Sequence record: SRR31156797_8623 | Length of the DNA stretch: 44,986 bases | Strand: one strand, 5' to 3' | Part shown: positions 1-8,776 of the stretch, one piece after another | Layout of the letters: each line of letters starts with the position of its first letter | Numbering within the stretch: the first letter of the stretch is position 1 | Made by a program: the position numbers and the translations under genes | The notes under the pieces: generated by a model | The model's input: only the letters and a program-made list of their open reading frames with translations | Database searches by the model: none | Told to the model about the DNA's origin: nothing

Positions 1-861
1 CATACCAGATTTTAATGATACTGCATCATAACCTAGAGCACGCAGTACTGCAACAGTTTGTCCTGCTGTCTGCCCTGAATAGCATGTTACAACTAACTTG
101 CCTTCTGGCAGGTTAGCAAAATTTTCCTGCATGTTTTCACCAAATGGTACATTTACAGCACCATCAATGTGACCAGCTTCATAGTCTTCTGCTTTTCTAA
201 TATCTACAACTGTTACATCACCAGATTCAACAAGTGAAGCAACTTTGTCAGATGTCATAATATTACTTCCGCTGTCTGGAATTGCACTAAAATAATCCTG
301 AACAAAAGCTAATACTTCTTTATCAAAGCTTGCACCTGCATCTGGTAATTCAGCAGCTTCTGTTGACAGATATTCTTCATATCCTTCAACCTTTGTCAGT
401 CCATTATTAAAACCTGATTTAATTGATACTGCATCAATGCCTAGAAGGTTAAGCAGAGCAACAGTTTGTCCTGCAGTCTGACCTGAATAGCAGTATACAT
501 ACACTTTTTCATCAGTTGGAAGCATTGATACTTTTTCTGCTAGGTCTGCACCCCATGTTGCTAAATATGCACCTTCAACATGTCCTTCATCATATACATC
601 TTGTTTACGTATAGATAGGATAAATGGTTCTTCACCAGCTTCAATCAAAGGCAACACTTCATCCCAGCCAACTATTCTAGAACCAGGGTAATCAGCAAAA
701 TAGCTCATTGCAGCAGCTTCTAAACCTGCTTCTTCTGCTGTTTCAGTTTCTTGTGATTCTGCGTTAGCTTCTGTTGGTTCAATTGCTGCTTCTTCATTTG
801 CACAAGCCGCTAAAGAAAATAGCAAAGCAAGTGCTAGAACAAAAATTAATACTTTTTTCAT
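1..861 (-). CDS. Tandem rhodanese-domain lipoprotein (3' end runs off the window)
   Basis: Not in the ORF track; translated by hand. ATG at 861 with SD GAAAGGA. MKKVLIFVLALALLFSLAAC lipobox and an acidic linker, then two rhodanese domains (IRKQDVYDEGHVEGA...VYCYSGQTAGQ; DIRKAEDYEAGHIDGA...VTCYSGQTAGQ). Frame is open to position 1. Confidence 0.9.
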   Translation of the reverse strand, partial: MKKVLIFVLALALLFSLAACANEEAAIEPTEANAESQETETAEEAGLEAAAMSYFADYPGSRIVGWDEVLPLIEAGEEPFILSIRKQDVYDEGHVEGAYLATWGADLAEKVSMLPTDEKVYVYCYSGQTAGQTVALLNLLGIDAVSIKSGFNNGLTKVEGYEEYLSTEAAELPDAGASFDKEVLAFVQDYFSAIPDSGSNIMTSDKVASLVESGDVTVVDIRKAEDYEAGHIDGAVNVPFGENMQENFANLPEGKLVVTCYSGQTAGQTVAVLRALGYDAVSLKSGM

Positions 862-880
862 GTGTCCCATTCCTTTCATA

Positions 881-1774
881 TTAAGATGCATCCTGTGCTA
901 TCGGAACTTCGTTTACAGGAGCCTGAGGATTTTCCTCAGCTTCATATTCCAGCCAAGCCGCATCATATACTCGCACATCCTCATAACCAGCATTTTTTAG
1001 TGCTGTATAGGCTTGTGCTGCACGTACCGAAGTCTTACAGAAGAGAATAATCTTGTAATCAGATGTAATGCCTTTATCCAGATAAGTTAATTGTAAATCT
1101 CTGATTGACTTATATTCTCCGTTTGCGTAATTATTCCATAGATATTCGATGTTTACTGCTCCAGGAATTGTGCCTTCTGCATATTCTTCTGCACTTCTTG
1201 TATCCACAATGATTGTCTTTTCCTCTGGATCATCAAGAAGTAATTTGATATAGCTTAGGCTTACTACCAATTTCTTTTGCTTATCACCTGTATTATATTG
1301 GACAGCTTCCAGCGCAGATGCTTCGCTTGTTACTTCCAAGCCAGCCTTTTTCAAGGATTCAAAGCCACCGCTTACAACTTTTACGTTCAAATTATCATAT
1401 AGATTTAATGTCCATTGTACTCTTGCCGCAGACATATTGTTATTATTGTCATATACTAGGATAGTATCGCTCTCGCTTATACCTGCTGCGCCCATTACTT
1501 CGGCTATCTGCTCCTCTTCCGGTGCCATATTCTTGTATGGCTCATCAACAGTTAAGGCAGACATGGGAATATTAATCGCACCCTCTATGTGTTGAGTGTT
1601 GTACTCATCCTCTTCACATACTGCTACTAATACCGCCCCGCCATCTATAAGCTCAGCACAATCCTTTGCATCTACAATGAAATTACCTGTCTCTGCAAAT
1701 TCAAAATCTGCACAGCCAGCTAAACTTGCTGCCAACAATAGTATACAAACAAATATTATTGTGTTTTTTTTCAC
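881..1774 (-). CDS. Two-domain sulfurtransferase (TST/MST-like rhodanese) lipoprotein
   Basis: LAGC lipobox; HIEGA and TIPGA motifs. N-domain has Asp (YDNNNNMSAAR) at the catalytic position; C-domain has the active loop CKTSVRA and the VYDAAWLEY signature. Confidence 0.9.
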   Translation of the reverse strand: MKKNTIIFVCILLLAASLAGCADFEFAETGNFIVDAKDCAELIDGGAVLVAVCEEDEYNTQHIEGAINIPMSALTVDEPYKNMAPEEEQIAEVMGAAGISESDTILVYDNNNNMSAARVQWTLNLYDNLNVKVVSGGFESLKKAGLEVTSEASALEAVQYNTGDKQKKLVVSLSYIKLLLDDPEEKTIIVDTRSAEEYAEGTIPGAVNIEYLWNNYANGEYKSIRDLQLTYLDKGITSDYKIILFCKTSVRAAQAYTALKNAGYEDVRVYDAAWLEYEAEENPQAPVNEVPIAQDAS

Positions 1775-1797
1775 TATTATTCACCTTCTAATTGTTC

Positions 1798-3015
1798 TTA
1801 TAGGCATGCTTCAATCGCTTCACGTGTAATATATTCATTGACACTGTCAGTAATCTTGCCATCTTTAATGATAACAACTGAAGGACATCCCTTAACGCAA
1901 AGTCTCTTGGCAATACCTTCTGATTTGTAGGTATCTACCTTATGGCACTGATATTCAGGGTGTTTCAGACAGATGTCTTCAACAATTGGCAGGAATTCTC
2001 TGTGCTTTGCATCTACAGCATTGTAGATATATGCAATTCCGTTGCCAACCATAATCTGTTCATCAAATATTTCGCTGTCTGCGATATACTTTTCAGCCAT
2101 AACGCCTGCTGTAGCAGCGTCACCTACGCATGTAGCAACCTGACGCAGGAATCTGTCACGTACATCACCTGCGGCAAATACACCAAAGTTATTTGTCTCC
2201 ATGTTTTCATTGGTTTTGATGTATCCTCTCTCAGTCATATCCACAATACCCTTGTAAATATCTGTATTAGGAATAAATCCAATGAATAAGAAGCATGTGT
2301 GACAATCAACAGGAATAATTTCATTTGTCTTTAAATTCTTCAGGTTAACTGTTTTCAGCTCTTCATCACCTTCGTATGAATCAACTACTGTGTTCCATAT
2401 GAATTCCATCTTTGGATTTGCAAGTGCTGCCTGCTTTGCGATTTCATTACAGTCCATGATACCTTCATCATGGAGAATAGATACTTTAACCTTTGAAGCA
2501 AACTTTGTCAAGAACATACCTTCTTCGATTGCAGCATCGCCAGAACCTACAACCAGTACTTCCTTGTCCTGGTTTGCAGCTGCGTCACATGTTGCGCAGA
2601 ATGCAATGCCCTTGCCAAGATATTGTTCTTCGTTAGTTGCTCCTGTTACACGAGGTTTGCTTCCGTTACATATGATTACAGCTTTTGCTTCAAACCTGTT
2701 ACGGAATGTTTCAACCACTTTTACGTCGCCTGAAAAGTCAACTGTCTTTACATTTGTTAATTTAAACTTACAGCCGAATTTCTTTGCCTGCTTGTGGAAT
2801 AGCTCCATCAAGCCCAAACCTGATATTCCTTCTGGGAATCCAGGATAGTTTTCTATATCATTAGTATTTGTAGCAATGCCGCCTACTAATGCCTGTTCTA
2901 TTATTAATGTTTTTAGGCGTGCTCTACCGCAATAGATACCTGCTGTCAAACCAGAAGCACCTCCGCCGATAATAACAACGTCGTATTTTTCTACCTTTTT
3001 TTCTCTAGCCATCAT
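1798..3015 (-). CDS. trxB: Thioredoxin-disulfide reductase with C-terminal thioredoxin-like extension
   Basis: GGGASG FAD motif, IENYPGF, CATCD redox centre, GSGDAA, GVFAAGD; extra ~90 aa ending in GCPSVVIIKDGK. Confidence 0.88.
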   Translation of the reverse strand: MMAREKKVEKYDVVIIGGGASGLTAGIYCGRARLKTLIIEQALVGGIATNTNDIENYPGFPEGISGLGLMELFHKQAKKFGCKFKLTNVKTVDFSGDVKVVETFRNRFEAKAVIICNGSKPRVTGATNEEQYLGKGIAFCATCDAAANQDKEVLVVGSGDAAIEEGMFLTKFASKVKVSILHDEGIMDCNEIAKQAALANPKMEFIWNTVVDSYEGDEELKTVNLKNLKTNEIIPVDCHTCFLFIGFIPNTDIYKGIVDMTERGYIKTNENMETNNFGVFAAGDVRDRFLRQVATCVGDAATAGVMAEKYIADSEIFDEQIMVGNGIAYIYNAVDAKHREFLPIVEDICLKHPEYQCHKVDTYKSEGIAKRLCVKGCPSVVIIKDGKITDSVNEYITREAIEACL

Positions 3016-3032
3016 ATCTCCTATTTTATAAG

Positions 3033-3590
3033 TTACATAAAGAACTTAACTAACAATTTACTTCCAACAACAGCACCTAGGAACATAAATGCTGCAAATA
3101 CCCATCCAGACAGAGATAATGAAGCTATTCCGCTGTACAATGCACCGATATTACATCCGAATGCTATTCTTGCACCGTAGCCCATTAATAATCCGCCAAG
3201 ACATGCTGCAATGACCTGCTTAATGGATTTAATCTTTTTGAACTTAAATCCTGAAGCCATAAGTGTTGCAAACAATGCACCTGCGATAATACCTAAGTTA
3301 CGCCATGTTCCTGCATGATTTAATACACCAGCTTCCAGTGTAGCCTGTGCACCTGGTGAGCTGAAATAATACCATGTATCTACTGAGCCGCCTACAGCTT
3401 CAAAGAGCCATGCGCCCCAGTTAGCCAATACACCGGATACACCCCAAGGGCTGCCTGTTACAGCAAAAGTAACAATCTGAAAGACTGATAATAGTACTGC
3501 ACCAGTAATATATGGCAGGGCATTTTTAAACCACATCTTGTAGAAATCGTTAGTTTTTACTTTTTCAAAAAACTTTTTCAACCAATTCAC
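3033..3590 (-). CDS. YeeE/YedE (TsuA-type) sulfur transporter, C-terminal half
   Basis: Hydrophobic protein with PWGVSG and GGLLMGYGARIAFGCNIG motifs. The start may be the TTG at 3581, which has better SD spacing from GGAGG. Confidence 0.88.
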   Translation of the reverse strand: MNWLKKFFEKVKTNDFYKMWFKNALPYITGAVLLSVFQIVTFAVTGSPWGVSGVLANWGAWLFEAVGGSVDTWYYFSSPGAQATLEAGVLNHAGTWRNLGIIAGALFATLMASGFKFKKIKSIKQVIAACLGGLLMGYGARIAFGCNIGALYSGIASLSLSGWVFAAFMFLGAVVGSKLLVKFFM

Positions 3591-3617
3591 CTCCAGATAT
3601 ATGATTGATATTACACC

Positions 3618-3845
3618 TTATACCTTTTCGATGATGCATTCCCACTCGCCGTCATCTACTTCTTCTATTTCTACATTATGACCAGCTTTACGTGCCCATT
3701 CAGGAACATTCTTCATAGCACAGCTATGGTCTATTTGTACGATTAATACGTCACCTGCGTCTAACTTTTCCAAAGCCTTTTCTGCCTTAATTAATGGCAC
3801 TGGACATGCTTCGCCTAAACAATCAATTACTACTTCTTTACTCAT
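3618..3845 (-). CDS. TusA/YeeD-family sulfur carrier
   Basis: IDCLGEACPVP motif, DHSC; SD GGAGG before the ATG at 3845. Confidence 0.9.
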   Translation of the reverse strand: MSKEVVIDCLGEACPVPLIKAEKALEKLDAGDVLIVQIDHSCAMKNVPEWARKAGHNVEIEEVDDGEWECIIEKV

Positions 3846-3865
3846 TATAATTTCCTCCAATTTTT

Positions 3866-4558
3866 TTAATGTTCTTGTTCTCCAGCTTTTCTATTGCCCC
3901 ATTTATGTGCTATTACATATAATATGGCAATGATAGCTAAATTAGCGGATATACCGCCTAACCATCCTAGGTAGTCAGGTAAGAAAATTGCCTTTCCTGA
4001 CAGCATAAAATTCATCTTCCACCATCCAAAGTCATGTGCTCCCCACAGTGAACCAATGATGAAGAAGAATAGGGATAATACCTGCATCCAAAATCCTTCA
4101 CCGATTCTCATCAGAGTACCTGATGCACATCCGCCTGCAATTACCATACCGATACCAAACATAAATGCGCCAATGCCTGTAGCTATACTAATAGGTGCAA
4201 TATAGCTCTGCCCCGGAATAGTGTAACCATTCATATAGTAGCCATACTTAATAGCAGTGAAGCCAATGCTTGTGATTGCCAGTGCAATAAGTACTGCTCT
4301 GGTAACTGTGGTACTTCCAGTCAAATACGGATCTCTCATAGATGCAGTGAAACAAAATCTAGCTCTTTGAAGTATAAATCCAAAGATTGATCCTGTTATC
4401 CAGTAAAACACCAATTTTGAACTTCTAGTTCCAAGCCAGATAGCAATCGCTACAATTACGAAAAATGCAATGATGCCGATTGGTATCTGATTCTTCTTCT
4501 TTTTGCGCTTTCGGCTAGAAGATCTCGCTGATGCTCTGACAGTTGTCTCTGTCATCAT
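3866..4558 (-). CDS. YeeE/YedE (TsuA-type) sulfur transporter, N-terminal half
   Basis: GFILQRARFCF and FGIGMVIAGGCASGTL motifs; SD AAAGGA before the ATG at 4558. Confidence 0.88.
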   Translation of the reverse strand: MMTETTVRASARSSSRKRKKKKNQIPIGIIAFFVIVAIAIWLGTRSSKLVFYWITGSIFGFILQRARFCFTASMRDPYLTGSTTVTRAVLIALAITSIGFTAIKYGYYMNGYTIPGQSYIAPISIATGIGAFMFGIGMVIAGGCASGTLMRIGEGFWMQVLSLFFFIIGSLWGAHDFGWWKMNFMLSGKAIFLPDYLGWLGGISANLAIIAILYVIAHKWGNRKAGEQEH

Positions 4559-4728
4559 ATCACGTCCTTTCTTATACTTTGTGAATTTCTTCACATTCTT
4601 TGTTACTATTTTAACATACCTTTACGCTTATACAACATATTTAATACTTATACAATATAAGTTTTATTTATGGTATAATATTATGTGCTTATGGCAAATG
4701 TTAATCAAGATAGATAAAGGCGACAAAA

Positions 4729-5631
4729 ATGAACATTGAATCACTAAAATATTTCTATTTAATAGCAAGAACAGGCAATATTTCCTCTGTTGCCAGAGAT
4801 ATGCACATATCTCAATCTGCGCTTAGTCAGCAGATAAATAAACTGGAATGTGATATATCCAAATCACTTATGGAGCGAAGCAATAAGGGAGTCAGATTAA
4901 CTCCTGCAGGAGAGATAGTATTCAAATTTGCAGAAAATGTCTTAAAGACATATGACAATATGTTGGACGAAATCGCTACCTACGAAAAGCATAACATGAT
5001 AATCAGAATCAAAGCATGTCATTCCATTGCTGACTATGGCATCCCATGTACGGTAATGCTTTCAAACAAAAAATACCCGTTGCACAAATACGAATTATTT
5101 TCTGGAAGCAGTGAAGATATCATTGAGGATGTAGCTAACAATTTGTTTGATGTAGGCTTTTCCTACTGCAATAATAAGTCCAGAAGAAAACATAAGGATT
5201 TAGTTTATATAAAATGCGGAACAAATAAAATAGTATTAGTGGCAAAAAACAGCAAAAATATGCCTAATGAAATTGATACTTCTCAATTGATGGATTCCTG
5301 TATGATTACTTTTACCGGAGAAAACGATATAAATAATATTCTTATGACAAATCTGAAGAATCATGGTATATCAATGCCATCAATCCAATGTAACCTGGAA
5401 GTTGCAACCATAGAAAGCGCAAAAACTCTTGTATCCAAAGGATATGGACTAGCATTCTTACCCTATATCGCTGTTAAAGAAGAATTGTATAAAGGGGAAT
5501 TCAAGCTGATAGAAGTACCTGATTTCGAGATGGATTTGGATATCGTACTGCTTTTTAAAAAGGATCATGCAAAATATACAGAGGAATTTATTTCTTGGTT
5601 TATTAACGAGGGAAAGAATAGCTTCTGCTAA
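4729..5631 (+). CDS. LysR-family transcriptional regulator
   Basis: N-terminal HTH (GNISSVARDMHISQSALSQQINKLE...LTPAG) and GYGLAFLP; 300 aa; divergent from the yeeE operon. Confidence 0.93.
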   Translation: MNIESLKYFYLIARTGNISSVARDMHISQSALSQQINKLECDISKSLMERSNKGVRLTPAGEIVFKFAENVLKTYDNMLDEIATYEKHNMIIRIKACHSIADYGIPCTVMLSNKKYPLHKYELFSGSSEDIIEDVANNLFDVGFSYCNNKSRRKHKDLVYIKCGTNKIVLVAKNSKNMPNEIDTSQLMDSCMITFTGENDINNILMTNLKNHGISMPSIQCNLEVATIESAKTLVSKGYGLAFLPYIAVKEELYKGEFKLIEVPDFEMDLDIVLLFKKDHAKYTEEFISWFINEGKNSFC

Positions 5632-5697
5632 ACAATATATAAGCTGCCATTTTCAAATCTTATACAAAATAATTAAATTATAACTGAAGGAGAATTT

Positions 5698-7116
5698 ATG
5701 GATAGAAAAAGAATTATAAATATATTTGTTGGGATATCTGTTTTTGTTCTTATTGCAGTATTTGCAGAAGGTAAATTATTAAGTCAACCTGCTTCAATTG
5801 CCCTTGCTACTATGGCAATTATGATATATTGGTGGATAACCAAGCCTGTTCACCTATCCGTTACTGCACTTCTGCCGATTGTTGTTACATCTCTATTTAA
5901 TATAGTGTCAATCAACACAGTATTAGATGATTATTTCAGTCAGATTATTGTTCTGCTTATTGGTGCCAATATATTAACATTGACATGGGGCATCTGTGGA
6001 TTAGACAAGCGTATTGCTCTTAGAATGCTTATACTTATAGGAACATCATTTCGTCAGCAACTAATCGTTTGGTTTCTTATTGCAACAGTTTTAAGTGCAT
6101 TTTTACCAAATGCAGTAGTAGCAGCTGCCTTGTGTCCAATAGCTATTTCTATGATTAATCATTGTATAAAGATTGACAGCGGACTAGAAAAGAGCAATGT
6201 AAAGGCATGGATACTCCTTGCCATAGTCTGGGGTGCAGGTCTGGGCGGATTTGGTACACCTCTAGGCGGTGCTATGAACTTAGTTGCTATACAGCATATT
6301 GAAACTGCTCTGAATATTGAATACTCATATGTCACATGGATAGTAAAAATGCTGCCATATTTAATCGGGTTAACAGTCGCTATGGTGCTCTATTTCATGT
6401 TTATAAAACTAGATACAAAGAAAATTGCAGGAAGCAGAGAGTATTTCAAAAAAAGCTACAAAGAATTAGGGGAAATGAGCAAAGGCGAAAAGGTCTCCAT
6501 TACTCTTTTTACTATAGCAATTCTACTAGCATTTACCAGACCACTATATGCCAAGATTCTTCCAGCGTTTAAGCCGCCATATGCATTCCTTATTGTAGGT
6601 TTAATTGCCTTCTTCCTCAACGGTGATAATAAATCACCTATTATCAAATGGAATTATGCAGTAAAGAATATCAACTGGTCTTTGATGCTACTATTTTCTG
6701 GCGGTATGGCAGCAGGAAATCTATTAATTGGTACAGGTGCATCTGAGGGAATAGCTCAGTTTGTCACCAGCTTTGGTATTACAGGAATGCTTAGCCTAAT
6801 CATTGTGTTTATTGCTCTTGGAATGTTTTTATCAAACACTTCCAGCAATACTGCGGCAACTTCTGTACTTATACCGATGGTGCTCAGTGTGGCATTCGCT
6901 TTACCAAGTATATTGACAAAAGCAGATACACTTCCCTTCGTCTACGCTAGTGCAGCAGCATGTAACGCCGCATTTATACTGCCAACATCCATCAGAGCAA
7001 TCCCTGTAGGTTATAGTCTGGATACAAAATTCATGATGAAAAAGGGTTCTTTTGCACTGCTTGTTACATTCATTGCACTTATCATAATCGGCTATAGTGC
7101 TGTGCTTTTGGCTTAG
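5698..7116 (+). CDS. SLC13/DASS family Na+:anion (sulfate/dicarboxylate) permease
   Basis: Multi-TM protein with GLDKRIAL, GGFGTPLG, INWSL, SNTAA and AFILP motifs. Confidence 0.85.
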   Translation: MDRKRIINIFVGISVFVLIAVFAEGKLLSQPASIALATMAIMIYWWITKPVHLSVTALLPIVVTSLFNIVSINTVLDDYFSQIIVLLIGANILTLTWGICGLDKRIALRMLILIGTSFRQQLIVWFLIATVLSAFLPNAVVAAALCPIAISMINHCIKIDSGLEKSNVKAWILLAIVWGAGLGGFGTPLGGAMNLVAIQHIETALNIEYSYVTWIVKMLPYLIGLTVAMVLYFMFIKLDTKKIAGSREYFKKSYKELGEMSKGEKVSITLFTIAILLAFTRPLYAKILPAFKPPYAFLIVGLIAFFLNGDNKSPIIKWNYAVKNINWSLMLLFSGGMAAGNLLIGTGASEGIAQFVTSFGITGMLSLIIVFIALGMFLSNTSSNTAATSVLIPMVLSVAFALPSILTKADTLPFVYASAAACNAAFILPTSIRAIPVGYSLDTKFMMKKGSFALLVTFIALIIIGYSAVLLA

Positions 7117-7124
7117 GTGATAAA

Positions 7125-7346
7125 ATGAATATCAAGGATATCAAAGTACTCGACTGCTTTGGGGATATATGTCCCCTCCCTGTAATCAAAGTACAAAAAC
7201 AATTAGATGAAATGAAAGTGGGTGACAGCTTTATGCTGATAACAGATCATAGCTGTGTTAAGGAATCCATTTTGGATAAATATCCTGATGTTATAATTGA
7301 TGAGCCTATGAACGGCGTATGGGAAATTACATTTACAAAAAAATAA
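7125..7346 (+). CDS. TusA/YeeD-family sulfur carrier (second copy)
   Basis: LDCFGDICPLP, DHSC, GVWEI; 73 aa. Confidence 0.88.
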   Translation: MNIKDIKVLDCFGDICPLPVIKVQKQLDEMKVGDSFMLITDHSCVKESILDKYPDVIIDEPMNGVWEITFTKK

Positions 7347-7513
7347 CTCATACAAAACCATGATTAAGTAAGTAATATAACAATATACTTTGTAATAAAT
7401 ACTGATACAATTTTGCCACAATTTGTTATTCCTTTTATAACATCATCGACATAATTAGTACACACTATAAATATAGTATGTATACGTACTATATTCGTTA
7501 GGAGGAAATAATT

Positions 7514-8140
7514 ATGAGAAAAATAATCACATTACTATTTATAACATTGGTTTTGTCAGTATTTACACTTGGATGTACAGATAAATCCATTGCTAAACCT
7601 AGTAAAGCATCAGCGAGCACAGAAACCAGTAATTTTGGCTCAGCTGCTGCCAGTGTATCTGATAATGTTAATTTAGAAGATATGATGAAATATGCTATAG
7701 AAGATGAGTATTTAGCACGACAGGAATATGAATCTATCATAGAAGAATTCGGAGAACAAAAGCCATTTAGCAATATTATTCAGTCTGAAGAAACCCATAT
7801 TCAAGAACTACTAACATTGTATGAAACGTATGGATTTGAAGTTCCTGAAGATAAATCAAATGATTATGTTGTTATTCCTGAAAGCATCCAAGAAGCAATG
7901 GAAATTGGTATAGAAGCAGAAATCAACAATATTGCTATGTATGAAAGCTTCTTAGAGCAGGATTTGCCAGATGATGTAAGAGAAGTATTTACTGAGCTGA
8001 AAAATGGATCGGAAAATCATCTAGAGGCATTCAAAAGAGGTGCCTCACGTGGTGATAGCAGTGAACATGGAAATGGTACTGGTTCAGGCGACAAAGATGA
8101 AAATCAGAACCATGAACATGATAGAGACAGTGATAGCTAA
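7514..8140 (+). CDS. Ferritin-like (DUF2202-type) lipoprotein
   Basis: TLGC lipobox; AIEDEYLA, FSNIIQSEETH, EINNIAMY and GSENHLEAF diiron-type motifs; SD AGGAGG. Confidence 0.8.
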   Translation: MRKIITLLFITLVLSVFTLGCTDKSIAKPSKASASTETSNFGSAAASVSDNVNLEDMMKYAIEDEYLARQEYESIIEEFGEQKPFSNIIQSEETHIQELLTLYETYGFEVPEDKSNDYVVIPESIQEAMEIGIEAEINNIAMYESFLEQDLPDDVREVFTELKNGSENHLEAFKRGASRGDSSEHGNGTGSGDKDENQNHEHDRDSDS

Positions 8141-8207
8141 AAATAAGTGATTTTAATTACGAATATGATATACTCTATTAATAAGAGTATTATGCAAAAG
8201 GAAAATT

Positions 8208-8765
8208 ATGACCAAAGAAAAAATTAAAAGATTAGATAGCAAAAAAAGACTTGAGCAATTTAAACTAGATAAAATATTAGAAATAATGGATATTAAAGGT
8301 AATGAAATAATTTACGATATTGGTGCAGGAACCGGCGCATTCTCAGTACCTATTGCACAGAAGCTTACAAGCGGACATCTCTATGCATATGATATTAATG
8401 CTGATGCATTGGATATTCTAAGAGATAAAATCAGCAATAATAACATTAACAACATCACACCTGTCCATATTGGAAAAAATACGCCAAATCATTCTAACAA
8501 AGCAGACAAAATTTATATTTGCACAGTACTTCATGAAATTGAAAATAAAGATAAGTTTATAGCAAATTACAAATCACTATTGATGAAAAATGGTAAAATG
8601 TATATTGTGGAATTTGCTGATAACAGAAGGCATTTAGGAGAGGTAAATCCACCAAAGCGGCATTTCATCTCAAAGGAAAGTTCAAAGGATTTACTTGAAA
8701 AGCATTTTGAAGAAGTAGGAATAAAGCAAATAAACGACTTAATATATATCTGTATCTGCAGTTAA
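8208..8765 (+). CDS. Class I SAM-dependent methyltransferase
   Basis: DIGAGTG motif I, YAYDI, VLHE. Confidence 0.88.
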   Translation: MTKEKIKRLDSKKRLEQFKLDKILEIMDIKGNEIIYDIGAGTGAFSVPIAQKLTSGHLYAYDINADALDILRDKISNNNINNITPVHIGKNTPNHSNKADKIYICTVLHEIENKDKFIANYKSLLMKNGKMYIVEFADNRRHLGEVNPPKRHFISKESSKDLLEKHFEEVGIKQINDLIYICICS

Positions 8766-8776
8766 AGGAGATTACT

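Noticed and set aside
1-7346. Selenocysteine (UGA) recoding in the YeeE/TusA/TrxB/rhodanese cluster
   Set aside because: All recognisable catalytic positions are Cys codons and the ORFs are full length; no in-frame UGA was seen.
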